A stretch of 248,000 nucleotides of DNA from Hyalangium minutum. Lineage in GTDB: Bacteria > Myxococcota > Myxococcia > Myxococcales > Myxococcaceae. Shown one piece after another: positions 169,842 through 179,583 of the stretch. The notes below the pieces were generated by a model that made no database searches, had not been told where the DNA came from, and worked only from the letters and a program-made list of their open reading frames with translations. Location of the stretch: NCBI RefSeq assembly GCF_000737315.1, contig NZ_JMCB01000003.1, forward strand, positions 20,001-268,000. Direction: 5' to 3'. A program made the translations under genes and the position numbers. The stretch's first letter is position 1. Every line of letters starts with the position of its first letter.

Positions 169842-170113
169842 GTGCCCGCCAGAAGGTGCTCCTTGTTAGGGAAGAAGCAATAGAGGCCCGGATGTTCTCA
169901 ACACAGAAGCATCCTGCCGGGCAGGCATCAGCTCGGCCAGGACGCCTAGCAAGCCTGACAACCTCTCGTAATCATTGGGATTTGAGTGCGGTTTGTCGGG
170001 TGGTGACGGCTGGCGGTGTACGGAGCTTGCTTGCATCGGGGCGCTTCCGTCCCAAGGTTTCAGGCAAGGGGCACCGTGCGAGGCGTCGGGCAGTAACGAG
170101 AGGAGATGGCGAT

Positions 170114-170551
170114 ATGTCGGACAAGGACAACAAGGGCAGCATGACGGTGGCGGAGGCGGGGCGTAAGGGTGGCGAGACCGTTCGCAACGAGCGAGGTCGT
170201 GAGTTCTACGAGACCATCGGTCGTAAGGGCGGTGCGACGGTCAAGGCCGAGCGGGGCCGCTCCTTCTACGAGGAGATTGGCCGCAAGGGCGGCGAGACCG
170301 TGAAGGCCGAGCGGGGCGCCAAGTTCTACGAGGAGATCGGCAAGAAGGGTGGCGACCGCGTGAAGGCCACCCGCGGGCCGAACTTCTACGAGGAGATTGG
170401 GCGCAAGGGTGGGCAGAAGGTGAAGAAGCTCATCGAGGAGGGCAAGCGCGCGGCCCGCGCGGCCATGGCCCAGTCGGAGAAGCCCGCCGAGGAGCCGGCC
170501 GCGCCTGCGGCCCCCGTGGCCGAAGAGGGCCAGGAGCCTCATCGCGAGTAG
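170114..170551 (+). CDS. KGG-repeat general stress protein (GsiB/Con-10-like)
   Basis: repeated FYEEIGRKGG. Confidence 0.85.
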   Translation: MSDKDNKGSMTVAEAGRKGGETVRNERGREFYETIGRKGGATVKAERGRSFYEEIGRKGGETVKAERGAKFYEEIGKKGGDRVKATRGPNFYEEIGRKGGQKVKKLIEEGKRAARAAMAQSEKPAEEPAAPAAPVAEEGQEPHRE

Positions 170552-170590
170552 CTGCGTGACGCAGGGACACGGACCCGGTAAGAGGGGTGT

Positions 170591-170929
170591 GTGTTCCTCG
170601 TCATCACGCTGCTGGACCAGGTAGAGCAGCTCGAGCGGGCGATCCGCCGGCTCCGGGATTTTGGAATTCCGGAGCCGCTGGTGGTCCGTGCTCGGAGCGC
170701 GGCGGCCGCCCTGTCGGCCGAGGTGCCTGTCTTCGCGGGCCTGCGCAGTCTGGCGCTGGGCGCGGACGAGGATCGGCTTCTGCTCTTGAGCTTGCTGCCT
170801 CAGCCCAGCGCGGAGGAAGCCGAGCGGCTGATCCAGCGCGTCCAGTTGGAGATGGACGCGGACGAGCCCCCCATGGGGCGGCTGGTGGCGCTGCCGGTGA
170901 TCGCGGCCCCGCTCTTTCGCCGACCGTGA
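170591..170929 (+). CDS. small hypothetical (PII-like fold possible)
   Basis: precedes antiporter pair. Confidence 0.45.
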   Translation: MFLVITLLDQVEQLERAIRRLRDFGIPEPLVVRARSAAAALSAEVPVFAGLRSLALGADEDRLLLLSLLPQPSAEEAERLIQRVQLEMDADEPPMGRLVALPVIAAPLFRRP

Positions 170930-170962
170930 CGAGGGCGCCCGGGCGGTGTAAGCACGGGAGCC

Positions 170963-172165
170963 ATGCAGGCGCTGCTCGTCTTCCTCGCCATCGCGGCGCT
171001 CTCATTGCTTGCTTCAAGCCGGATCCTGCTGGATCCCAGCCGGTTGCCCGGTGTGGCCCAGCTGGCGGCCAGCGGGCTCACTTTCCTCGTCTTCGGTATC
171101 CTGCTGGGGCCGGGGCTCGTGGGTGTGCTTTCCCCGGTGGATCTCCAGGGGCTCCTGCCCGTGGTGTCCCTGGGGCTCGGCACGGCCGGCGTCATTCTGG
171201 GGCTGAACCTGGAGCCACGGCTCTTGCGGCGGCTGCCCCGGCCGGTGTTCTTCGCCGCCCTGGCTCACTCCGGGGTGGCTTTTCTTTTTGTCGCGGTGCC
171301 GCTGTCGGGCGCCATGCTGGTGACCACCCGGCTGCCCTTCGCGGCGGTGGTGGGCGGCGCGGCGCTGCTGGGCGCGGCGGCCAGCTTGTCCTCTGGCCAC
171401 TTCGCGGTGATGGGCTACCGGAGCGGGCGGATGGAGCGCTCGCGCGGGCTGGCCGTGGCGCTGCTGACCATGCTGGATGACGGGGTGGGGCTGATGGTGC
171501 TGGCCTTGGCCCTGGTGCTGGGCGCGGGGGCCAGCGTGGCCGAGGGCGTGGGGTTGGTGGCCCTGGCGCTCCTGCTGGGCGTAATGTGCGGCGCGCTGAT
171601 CGCTTTCCTCACGTATGCACTGAAGGACGTGGCCGAGCTGACGGCGGTGATGCTGGGCGGCGTGGCGCTGGTAGGCGGCGCGGCGGCGTACCTGCGCGTG
171701 TCAGCGCTGCTGGCGGGCGTGGCCTGCGGGGCGACGCTGGCGCTGGTGGGCGGCCGGGCGGTGGAGCAGGTGGCGCGGGCGCTCGGGCGCTTCGAGCGGC
171801 CCACCTATTTGATGATGGTGTTCCTCGCGGGCTGCTTCGTGCAGGCGCGCGACGTGGACGCGTGGGTGCTGCTGCCGGGGTACGTGGCGCTGCGGTTCCT
171901 CGGGAAGGTGTGGGGCGGCTCGCTGGCGCAGCGCTTCGCGGCGAACACGCTGGATCTGCCCTCTCAGCTCGGCTTCGCGCTCATTGCCCAGGGTGGGCTG
172001 GCGCTGTGCCTGGTGGTCCAGTACCTGCTGCTGGTGCCTGGGCCGCTGTCGCAGCACATCTTCGACGTGGTGGCCCTGGGCGCGGTGGTGAACGAGGTGC
172101 TGGCGAGCCGGGCCTTCCGGCAGGTGCTCGATCCGCACAGGCGGGCCCGGGAGGGCACGGCATGA
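170963..172165 (+). CDS. cation:proton antiporter family protein
   Basis: multi-TM, IAQGGLAL. Confidence 0.7.
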   Translation: MQALLVFLAIAALSLLASSRILLDPSRLPGVAQLAASGLTFLVFGILLGPGLVGVLSPVDLQGLLPVVSLGLGTAGVILGLNLEPRLLRRLPRPVFFAALAHSGVAFLFVAVPLSGAMLVTTRLPFAAVVGGAALLGAAASLSSGHFAVMGYRSGRMERSRGLAVALLTMLDDGVGLMVLALALVLGAGASVAEGVGLVALALLLGVMCGALIAFLTYALKDVAELTAVMLGGVALVGGAAAYLRVSALLAGVACGATLALVGGRAVEQVARALGRFERPTYLMMVFLAGCFVQARDVDAWVLLPGYVALRFLGKVWGGSLAQRFAANTLDLPSQLGFALIAQGGLALCLVVQYLLLVPGPLSQHIFDVVALGAVVNEVLASRAFRQVLDPHRRAREGTA

Positions 172166-173460
172166 AGGGCGCGATCATCCGCTTGGGGCTGCTGGTCATG
172201 CTGCTGGCGGGCATCTCCCGGGTCCAGGAGTGGCGCGTGGACACCGGCAACTCGGTGATGCTGGCGGCCGGGGCGCTGCTGTTGTGCGGGCTGTTCGCGG
172301 GCAAGGTGGCCAAGGGCGTGGGGCTCCCGCGCCTCACGGGCTATTTGCTGGTGGGCGTGGTGGTGGGGCCCTACGCGCTGGGCTTCATCCCCGGCGAGGG
172401 CGTGAAGGGGCTGGAACTGGTGAAGGGGCTGGCGGTGAGCCTCATCGCCCTGGTGGCGGGCACGGAGCTGCACCTGGGGCTCATCCGCCGGGTGGGCACG
172501 AAGGTGGCCCTGCTGTGCACTGCCGTGTGCGGGGTGACGTTCGCGGTGTGCTTCGGGGCGCTGTTCGCGCTCAGGCCGCTGCTGCCCTTCCTCGCGTCCA
172601 TGACGGTGCCGCAGGCCCTGGCCACGAGCGCCCTGGTGTCCACCGTGGTGGTGTCCTTCTCGCCCACGGTGACGATCGCCATCGTCCAGGAGACCTCGGC
172701 GCGCGGCCCCTTCACCGAGTTCCTCATGGCCCTGGTCATCATCGGCGACCTGTTCGTCATGGTGGCCTTCGCGCTGGCGGCCGGTGTCACCCGCGCCAGC
172801 TTCGGCGGGGGCTTCGATCTCAAGGGGCTGCTGGGCGGGGTGGGGTGGGAGCTGTTCGGCTCGGTGGGGGTGGGGGCGCTGCTGGCGGTGGCGATGCTCA
172901 TCTACATGCGCCGGGTGAACCGGGAGCTGCCGCTGTTCCTGGTGGCCCTGTGCTTCGCGGCGGCCGAGGGCGGTGCACGGCTGCACTTGTCCCCGCTGCT
173001 GGTGTCGCTGTCGGCCGGGGCATTGATCGCCAACCTGGACGAGCGCGAGAGCCAGCGCATCCACCACGCCATCCAGATGGCGGGCCTGCCCGTGTTCGCG
173101 CTCTTCTTCGCGGCGGCGGGCGCGGGGTTGAAGCTGTCCACGCTGGTGACAGTGGGGCCGGCGGCGCTGCTGCTGGTGGCGCTGCGGGCGCTGGCCATCC
173201 ACCAGTCCTGCCGCCGCTTCGCGCCCGTCGAGGACCCCCGGCTGCGGCGCTACCTGTGGATGGGGCTCATCTCCCAGGCGGGCGTCACTTTCGGGCTGGC
173301 GGCGCTCATCTCGCGGACCTTCCCAAGTTTTGGGCCCCAAGTGGAGGTGCTCATCGTCGCGATGATTACCACCCACGAACTGGTGGGCCCCGTGCTTACC
173401 CGCCGGGCACTGGAGCGCAGTGGGGAAGCGCGAGGGGACGAACGCCCGCAGACAGCGTAA
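172162..173460 (+). CDS. cation:proton antiporter family protein
   Basis: LPRLTGY, SQAGV..GL, HE..GP. Confidence 0.75.
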   Translation: MKGAIIRLGLLVMLLAGISRVQEWRVDTGNSVMLAAGALLLCGLFAGKVAKGVGLPRLTGYLLVGVVVGPYALGFIPGEGVKGLELVKGLAVSLIALVAGTELHLGLIRRVGTKVALLCTAVCGVTFAVCFGALFALRPLLPFLASMTVPQALATSALVSTVVVSFSPTVTIAIVQETSARGPFTEFLMALVIIGDLFVMVAFALAAGVTRASFGGGFDLKGLLGGVGWELFGSVGVGALLAVAMLIYMRRVNRELPLFLVALCFAAAEGGARLHLSPLLVSLSAGALIANLDERESQRIHHAIQMAGLPVFALFFAAAGAGLKLSTLVTVGPAALLLVALRALAIHQSCRRFAPVEDPRLRRYLWMGLISQAGVTFGLAALISRTFPSFGPQVEVLIVAMITTHELVGPVLTRRALERSGEARGDERPQTA

Positions 173461-173484
173461 GCTAGGCGTTTCAGGAGAACCGGC

Positions 173485-174096
173485 TTGGCAGCGCCCATCA
173501 TCGAAGTAGACATTCAACACCCCCAGCCTCGGCATATTGCACGCGCAGTGCAGGTCCTCGAGCGTGGGGGCGTCATCGCCTATCCCACCGACACGTACTA
173601 CGGCCTGGGGTGCGACCTGATGTCGAAGAAGGCCATCGAGCGGCTGTACCAGCTCAAGGGGCGCGACAAGAAGAAGCCGCTGTCGTTCCTGTGCCCGGAC
173701 CTGTCGGACGTGGCGAAGTACGGGCACGTGAGCAACTTCGCCTACCGGACCATGAAGGGGCTGACGCCGGGAGCCTTCACGTTCATCCTCGAGGCCACCC
173801 GCGTGGTGCCCGAGATCATGATGTCGAAGCAGAAGCAGGTGGGCATCCGCGTGCCGGATGCGCCGCTGGCCCGGGCGCTGGCCGCGGGGCTGGGCCGGCC
173901 GATCATCACCACCTCGGCCAGCGACAGCGAGGGCGAACCTCTCATCGACGCCAAGGACATCAAGGAGAAGCTCGGACACGGATTGGATCTGATCCTCGAC
174001 GGAGGCGTGACGCTCATGGAGCCGTCCACGGTGGTGTCGCTGATTGGCGACTCGCTGGAAATCCTCCGCGAGGGCAAGGGCCGGCTGGACGCCTAG
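173485..174096 (+). CDS. Sua5/YciO/YrdC-family protein
   Basis: YPTDTYYG, K.R..KKP, PG.FTFIL, GIRVP. Confidence 0.88.
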   Translation: MAAPIIEVDIQHPQPRHIARAVQVLERGGVIAYPTDTYYGLGCDLMSKKAIERLYQLKGRDKKKPLSFLCPDLSDVAKYGHVSNFAYRTMKGLTPGAFTFILEATRVVPEIMMSKQKQVGIRVPDAPLARALAAGLGRPIITTSASDSEGEPLIDAKDIKEKLGHGLDLILDGGVTLMEPSTVVSLIGDSLEILREGKGRLDA

Positions 174097-174145
174097 GGGC
174101 AGGGGGAACGGCTTGGTCGATCTGCATGGCTCGCACGAGGCGTCA

Positions 174146-175132
174146 ATGGATGCGCCGGAGCGCATCCCCGGGATGCTCTCGCTGTTCTGGATGCTGCTGT
174201 GGCGGCCGGTGGATCTGCACTACCGGCTGCATGGCGCGGGCATCCGGGCCCCGGGCGGGCGTGTGGGGCAGCTCTGGCACGAGCAGGCCGAGGGCAGCCG
174301 CGCCGCGGGCCGCTATGTGCGGCGGATGATGATGTTGCTGCTGCTCATCTCTCCGTTGGTCACCTTCATCCTGGGCGTCGGAGTGCATGGCCTGGGGCTG
174401 ACGATGGCGCCTGGGTGGCTGGTGAGCGCGGTGCTGTGCTCGGTGATGGGGTTGTTCATTGCGCTCACCACGGGGCTGGCGGCTGGGACGTTGATGGGGC
174501 TGCTGGCCAGCCAGGCCATGGTGGTGGGCCTGCATGCGGTGGTGGGAGAGGCGTTCGGGCCTCGCATGGGAGGGTGGGCCGGCGTCGTCATGGGCGGATG
174601 CCTGGGGTTGGTGGGAGGGCTGTGCGCGGGCAGCATCGGCGCGCTCTCGCGCGGCCAGGGCCTGTCGATCAACCGCGTCCAGGTGGGCGCCATCGTGCTG
174701 AGCCTGGTGCCGATGACGGTGTGGGGACTGGGTGGGGCGTGGGGGTTCGGGGGCGCCGTGGCGGCGAGCGCGCTGGTGGCGTACCTGGTGGCTGCGTTCC
174801 GGCTGCCCATCTTCCTGTTGGAATCCGTGGTGCAGGCGGTGGTCTTCGCCCTGGAGCGGTGGATGGGCTGGGCCACGCTGCGGTGGGCTCCCATCAATCA
174901 CCACAACCTGAGCTACCTGCCATACCCCTTCCTGGCCGAGCACATGACGCTGGCGGCCCGCACGCGGCCCATGGAAGTGTTGGATGTGGCCAACGCGTGC
175001 CTGAAGTCTCCGGGCAACGCCCTGCTGGGGTGGCCCTGGGTGTTGGCGGCGCTGGCGCAGGCCGAGGAGGCGGCAGCGGCGGCAGCGGCGGCGCATCAAG
175101 CGCACGAAGAGGGGCCTCCCGAGGCGCCGTGA
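174146..175132 (+). CDS. hypothetical multi-TM protein
   Basis: hydrophobic ORF between yciO and xerD. Confidence 0.5.
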   Translation: MDAPERIPGMLSLFWMLLWRPVDLHYRLHGAGIRAPGGRVGQLWHEQAEGSRAAGRYVRRMMMLLLLISPLVTFILGVGVHGLGLTMAPGWLVSAVLCSVMGLFIALTTGLAAGTLMGLLASQAMVVGLHAVVGEAFGPRMGGWAGVVMGGCLGLVGGLCAGSIGALSRGQGLSINRVQVGAIVLSLVPMTVWGLGGAWGFGGAVAASALVAYLVAAFRLPIFLLESVVQAVVFALERWMGWATLRWAPINHHNLSYLPYPFLAEHMTLAARTRPMEVLDVANACLKSPGNALLGWPWVLAALAQAEEAAAAAAAAHQAHEEGPPEAP

Positions 175133-175168
175133 GGTTGCCAAGGCGCGCTGCTCCGCTACCCTGACGCC

Positions 175169-176110
175169 ATGGAAGGGCTGCTCGATGCATTCATCGCCTT
175201 CATCCGTGCCGAGCGCGGACTGTCCGGCAAGACGGTGGACGCCTACGCCGCGGACCTCACGGTGTACTTCGAGGATCTGCGTGCGCGCGGCATCCTCGAT
175301 GTGGCGCGGATGACCAAGGAGGACGTGGTCGAGCACTTGCGGCGGCTTGGGCAGCGCGGCCTGTCGAGGCGCAGCCAGGCGCGGCACCTGGCGGCCGTGC
175401 GGGGCTTCCACCGGTTCCTGATCGCGGAGAAGCTGGCGGAGAAGGATCCCACCGAGGACATGGACACGCCTCGGTCCGAGCGCAAGCTGCCGTCCTTCCT
175501 CACGCTGGAAGAGGTGGAGCAGCTGCTGGCAGCGCCGGACGAGCGCCATCCCGAGGGCCTCCGGGACAAGGCGATGCTGGAGCTGCTGTACGCCACGGGC
175601 CTGCGCGTGAGCGAGCTGTGTGGCCTGGGCATCAACGACGTGCAGCTGGGGGCGGGCTACCTGGTGGCAAAGGGCAAGGGCTCGAAGGAGCGTGTCGTCC
175701 CGGTGGGCAGCAAGGCGGTGGAGAAGGTCCAGGAGTACCTGGAGGGGACGCGGCAGCTGCTGCTGAAGCAGAGCGACTCGCGGGCCCTCTTCGTGACGCG
175801 CCGGGGCGGCCCCTTCACGCGCATGGGCTTTTGGAAGCTGCTCAAGCGCTACGCTCTCAAGGCGGGCATCCGCAAGCCGCTGTCGCCCCACAAGCTGAGG
175901 CACTCGTTCGCCACCCACCTCGTGGAGCGAGGGGCGGATCTGCGAGCGGTCCAGGCCATGCTCGGCCATGCGGATCTGGCCACCACGCAGATCTATACGC
176001 ACGTGAACAGCGCCCGGCTTCGTGCCGTGTACGATCAGCACCACCCTCGGAGCGACTCTGCTCCGCCTGTGCCTCGCCCGAAGAGACGCCGGGCCGAGGC
176101 TGGGGGCTGA
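175169..176110 (+). CDS. xerD: tyrosine recombinase XerD
   Basis: RDKAMLELLYATGLRVSEL, GKGSKER, SPHKLRHSFATH, LGH..L.TTQIY. Confidence 0.93.
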   Translation: MEGLLDAFIAFIRAERGLSGKTVDAYAADLTVYFEDLRARGILDVARMTKEDVVEHLRRLGQRGLSRRSQARHLAAVRGFHRFLIAEKLAEKDPTEDMDTPRSERKLPSFLTLEEVEQLLAAPDERHPEGLRDKAMLELLYATGLRVSELCGLGINDVQLGAGYLVAKGKGSKERVVPVGSKAVEKVQEYLEGTRQLLLKQSDSRALFVTRRGGPFTRMGFWKLLKRYALKAGIRKPLSPHKLRHSFATHLVERGADLRAVQAMLGHADLATTQIYTHVNSARLRAVYDQHHPRSDSAPPVPRPKRRRAEAGG

Positions 176111-176163
176111 AATTCCCCGGGCAGGAGGTTTGAGGAAGGCCCAGGTGCATCTACTCTGGGGAG

Positions 176164-176985
176164 GTGACTTCCCGCCTCTTGCGTTTGCCAGCCTCGGGCC
176201 GGCTTCTGGCCGCCACGGACATCCAGGGCAACCTGCGGGATTTTCAGCGCATGCTGGCCCTCTTCGAGGAGTCTCCGCACGATAGCGTCCTCGTCTTCAC
176301 CGGGGATCTGATCCACGGCCCGGACGAGTACACGGAGGACCACTGGCCGGACTACCTCGGCACGCCCTACAAGGATGAGTCCCCGGAGGTGGTGCGGCTG
176401 CTGGCGGAGGCGCAGGCGCGTTACCCCGGCCGGGTGCACAGCCTGCTGGGCAACCACGAGCACTCGCACGTGGGCGGCCCGCGCACCGCCAAGTTCCACC
176501 ACGACGAGGCCCAAGCGCTTGAGGAGCGCATGAGCCCCGAGGACGCCGAGTCCATGCGCGCGCTCTTCCGCCAGTTCCCGCTGGTGGCCGCCGCGCCCAA
176601 CGGCGTGGTGCTGCTGCACGCCTCGCCCTCCGCGACGCTGAACCACGTCGATGAGTTCAAGTCCGTGGAGTTGGAGGGCTATGCTCATATGGGCATCGAA
176701 GAGTTCTTCCACATCCCCGTGCTCGGGGCGACGCTGTGGAGCCGCATGGCGCTGCCTGAGCAGGCCCGTGCCTTCCTGAAGCCGCTGGGTGGCCGCATCG
176801 CCATCTATGGCCACGACGTGGTGCGCGAGGGCTACGAGAAGGTGGGGGACGAGCAGCTCTGCGTCTCCACGAGCTTTGCCCTCTTCGACAAGGACAAGGT
176901 CTACGTGGAGCTGGATCTCTCCAAGACCTATCCCAATGTGCACGCCCTGCGGGACGGTGTGGAACTCAAGAGGCTCCACGGCTGA
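176164..176985 (+). CDS. metallophosphoesterase
   Basis: TDIQG, GDLIH, LGNHE, GH. Confidence 0.8.
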   Translation: MTSRLLRLPASGRLLAATDIQGNLRDFQRMLALFEESPHDSVLVFTGDLIHGPDEYTEDHWPDYLGTPYKDESPEVVRLLAEAQARYPGRVHSLLGNHEHSHVGGPRTAKFHHDEAQALEERMSPEDAESMRALFRQFPLVAAAPNGVVLLHASPSATLNHVDEFKSVELEGYAHMGIEEFFHIPVLGATLWSRMALPEQARAFLKPLGGRIAIYGHDVVREGYEKVGDEQLCVSTSFALFDKDKVYVELDLSKTYPNVHALRDGVELKRLHG

Positions 176986-177047
176986 GCTCATTGCAAGGAA
177001 TGGCCTCCCGGACGCAGGGACTGCGAGGCGTGCTATGGTCCCGTTCC

Positions 177048-177863
177048 ATGCAGCGCTCGATCCTCTCTTGGCAGGGCTTTTCGGTGCTCGCCGCTGCTAT
177101 CACACTGGAGTGCACGCCCTCCGGTGTCATCAGGCCCGACGAGGAGACGCAAGATCCCGACATCGTACGGCCTTCTTCTAGAGAGTCACGCTTGGAAACA
177201 CTTCCAGGACCGATGCTCGGCCCATTTGACTCCTACACCACTGCGCTTGAAACCGCCTGCGAGCACTTTCTAAAGAAACCCCATTCGAGCGCCGGACGTA
177301 AACCGCCCTCCACAGCCCTCCGTGAGGAGCAAGTTGCCTTTGAGCTGCGCTGGCGGGTATCCAAAGAGTATTGCGCCTGGATGTATTATACCCCCGATGG
177401 CAAATACAAGATAAGCAAACTGACAGACGTCACGAAGTCCAACGCCTTCGGGAAGAAGGTGAACTGCCTCATTCCTTCGAAAGTAGAGGACCGTGATTAC
177501 CCATCAGACAGCATCAAATACGTCTTTCTCCTCCACAGCCACCCATACGACACACCCATCTCCGAGGACGACATCCTCTTTCTCGAGCGTGAAGGAGAGC
177601 GACACGGCTTCGACCCCGAAACCCAGGACAGAAAAAAACTGAGAATTTCCATCGTCGCCTTTTTCTCGCACGACGACGGCGCCCCCGCTTGCGATGGCTT
177701 CTACATCTACTCGGCCCAAACCACTCGGATCTTCAAATGGACTCGCACCCAAGGCCATCTCGCCTGCGAGCAGACTCATGTTGTCGATTGGCGTGACTAT
177801 GACAACTTCGATCTGAGCATCACTTCGTCAGTGGCGCCCTGCCCGGGCAAGGGGACTCCATGA
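177048..177863 (+). CDS. exported protein with JAB/MPN-like (DUF4329-like) motif
   Basis: KEYCAW...HSHPYDTPISEDD; lower GC. Confidence 0.55.
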   Translation: MQRSILSWQGFSVLAAAITLECTPSGVIRPDEETQDPDIVRPSSRESRLETLPGPMLGPFDSYTTALETACEHFLKKPHSSAGRKPPSTALREEQVAFELRWRVSKEYCAWMYYTPDGKYKISKLTDVTKSNAFGKKVNCLIPSKVEDRDYPSDSIKYVFLLHSHPYDTPISEDDILFLEREGERHGFDPETQDRKKLRISIVAFFSHDDGAPACDGFYIYSAQTTRIFKWTRTQGHLACEQTHVVDWRDYDNFDLSITSSVAPCPGKGTP

Positions 177864-178516
177864 GAACTCCATGCCTCCTGGTTTGCATCATCTTATTATT
177901 GAGTTGTGTGAAGAGCCCCATGCCCCCTCAGCCGTCGTCAGGGGAAGATGAGTCTATTGTCTTTCCAGATTTCTCCGGCCCGGTCTCCAATGTGGTCAGT
178001 CAGTCTGGGGGGGCATATGATGTGGATGGCGCGACGCTGCAGGCCCTTGTGACCGCACTCAGCGATTTCCTGCCGACGGATTCCCAAAACCCTTCGTGCT
178101 GGAACAGACCCGATGCCTGGCGCTACCGGGTCATCCGCCAAGAAAATACCTTCTTCATTCGCATCCAAGCAGATCCGGCTTTTTGCGCGGGCAAGATCAT
178201 GATGCTGGACTCTGGCGCGAAATACGCGATCAGCAGTGATGGCCGAATCCTCCGACGCTTGTTCACAGGTCAGCCGGACTGGACCACGGGTTCGGAAGCT
178301 TCGGGAACTGGTGACGGCCCAGGAGATGCCAGCACGAGCAAGCCTCCTGTTGATGCCGATATTGCTGGCGTTTTGGAGTCGACCTGGAGCGAGTCTCGGG
178401 TATGGCCGGATGGAGGGGTCAAACAATCTGGCGCGAAGCCACAGCATGAAGGTCTTGGCACTCTGGATGGTGGTATTCCTCTGGACGGCGGGGAACTCTC
178501 CCCTCCAGTCAGGTGA
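177860..178516 (+). CDS. hypothetical lipoprotein (cassette partner)
   Basis: lipobox LLSC; ATGA overlap with previous gene; lower GC. Confidence 0.6.
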   Translation: MRTPCLLVCIILLLSCVKSPMPPQPSSGEDESIVFPDFSGPVSNVVSQSGGAYDVDGATLQALVTALSDFLPTDSQNPSCWNRPDAWRYRVIRQENTFFIRIQADPAFCAGKIMMLDSGAKYAISSDGRILRRLFTGQPDWTTGSEASGTGDGPGDASTSKPPVDADIAGVLESTWSESRVWPDGGVKQSGAKPQHEGLGTLDGGIPLDGGELSPPVR

Positions 178517-178599
178517 CCTGCTCTTCTCCGGAGCGTCCCTCTTCACGAGGATCGTCTCCAGGCAAGGGCGCAATTCTGCTGAAGTTTTCGCACCGCCCG

Positions 178600-178628
178600 G
178601 CGCGGGTTCGATTCCCGCCTCCTCCACT
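178600..178628 (+). other. tmRNA/tRNA 3'-end fragment (att-site-like relic)
   Basis: T-arm GCGGG-TTCGATT-CCCGC followed by CTCCTCCAC; no 5' half upstream. Confidence 0.65.
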
Positions 178629-178742
178629 TTTTCATACTGGCCCACTCCGCTTTCGCTTGGTGCCGGGGCGTGCTGGTCCGCTCCAGCGGAGAGTCCGCGC
178701 AGCCTTGACCGCGGCATCTCGCTGGATTGAAAGGAAGTGGCC

Positions 178743-179582
178743 ATGCGTCTCCGAACATGCAGCGCACTCCTGCTCTTGCTCCTACTCCCGGCCTGCGCCA
178801 CGACGGCGCCGAGCCCGGATAGCGCGGTGCCCCCCAACCAGAGGATCGCCAACCTGCAGAGGGCGGCGCAGTACCCCTGGACGGATGACGGGCAGTGCGT
178901 GGTGCGAGAGGCCTCCAACGAGTGGGAGGTTTTGGCGAAGCGATGCTTTCACGCTCTCGACCCGAAGAAGATCCAGTTTCGAGATGTGACGGGAAGATGC
179001 GCTCTGGCCTCGGCGGGGGCGGCTGTCGTGGGAGTGGGGCTCTGCATCTTTGTGGCACCCGAGATCATCGTGGGCGCGATCATCATCACTGGCGCCGTGG
179101 TGGTGGCAGTCGTCATCAAAGAGGAGTTAGACGCATATGAGCGAGGGGCATCCCGTGAGCGTGGGAGACCCAAGACTCAGACACGGCCATCCACTGAGCA
179201 GGAACCCGTGTCGAATCGGAAGCCCAAAGCGGAAGAGTCCCCATTGGGTAGGGATTGGTTTCCCCCAGACCCGCCAGTCTCCTCGGACCCCCATGATCGC
179301 CGCCCCGAGTGCACGCCCAGACGGGCTTCTCATCGTGGCGGCAACGACCCGCACAACGACTGCGCCGACTTCATTCCGCAGAACAGCTTTCCCGGCTGGG
179401 ATGTTCTCGTCAATGGCAAGCACTTCGATGCGCTGCAAGGGGCCACGCGCACTCTTTGGGAGGTCAAGACCGACAATTTCGACACGTACACGGACGACCT
179501 CAAGGACATCGTGGTCAGAAGTCAGGTGCCAAAGTTGCGGGACGAGCGCGCCCTCGCGATCGTCGTCATGGACTGGTGCTGA
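178743..179582 (+). pseudogene. DUF6310-like lipoprotein toxin with in-frame C-terminal deletion
   Basis: lipobox LPAC; KHFDALQ..LWEVKT; lacks 28 aa present in the paralog at 15905. Confidence 0.6.
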
Positions 179583-179583
179583 G

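Noticed and set aside
175169-176110. xerD as the integrase of a mobile element
   Set aside because: It looks like housekeeping XerD in a core context; no other phage or ICE genes are nearby.
178600-178628. An intact tRNA or tmRNA gene
   Set aside because: Only the T-arm and acceptor 3' strand are present; no 5' half, anticodon arm or tag ORF was seen.
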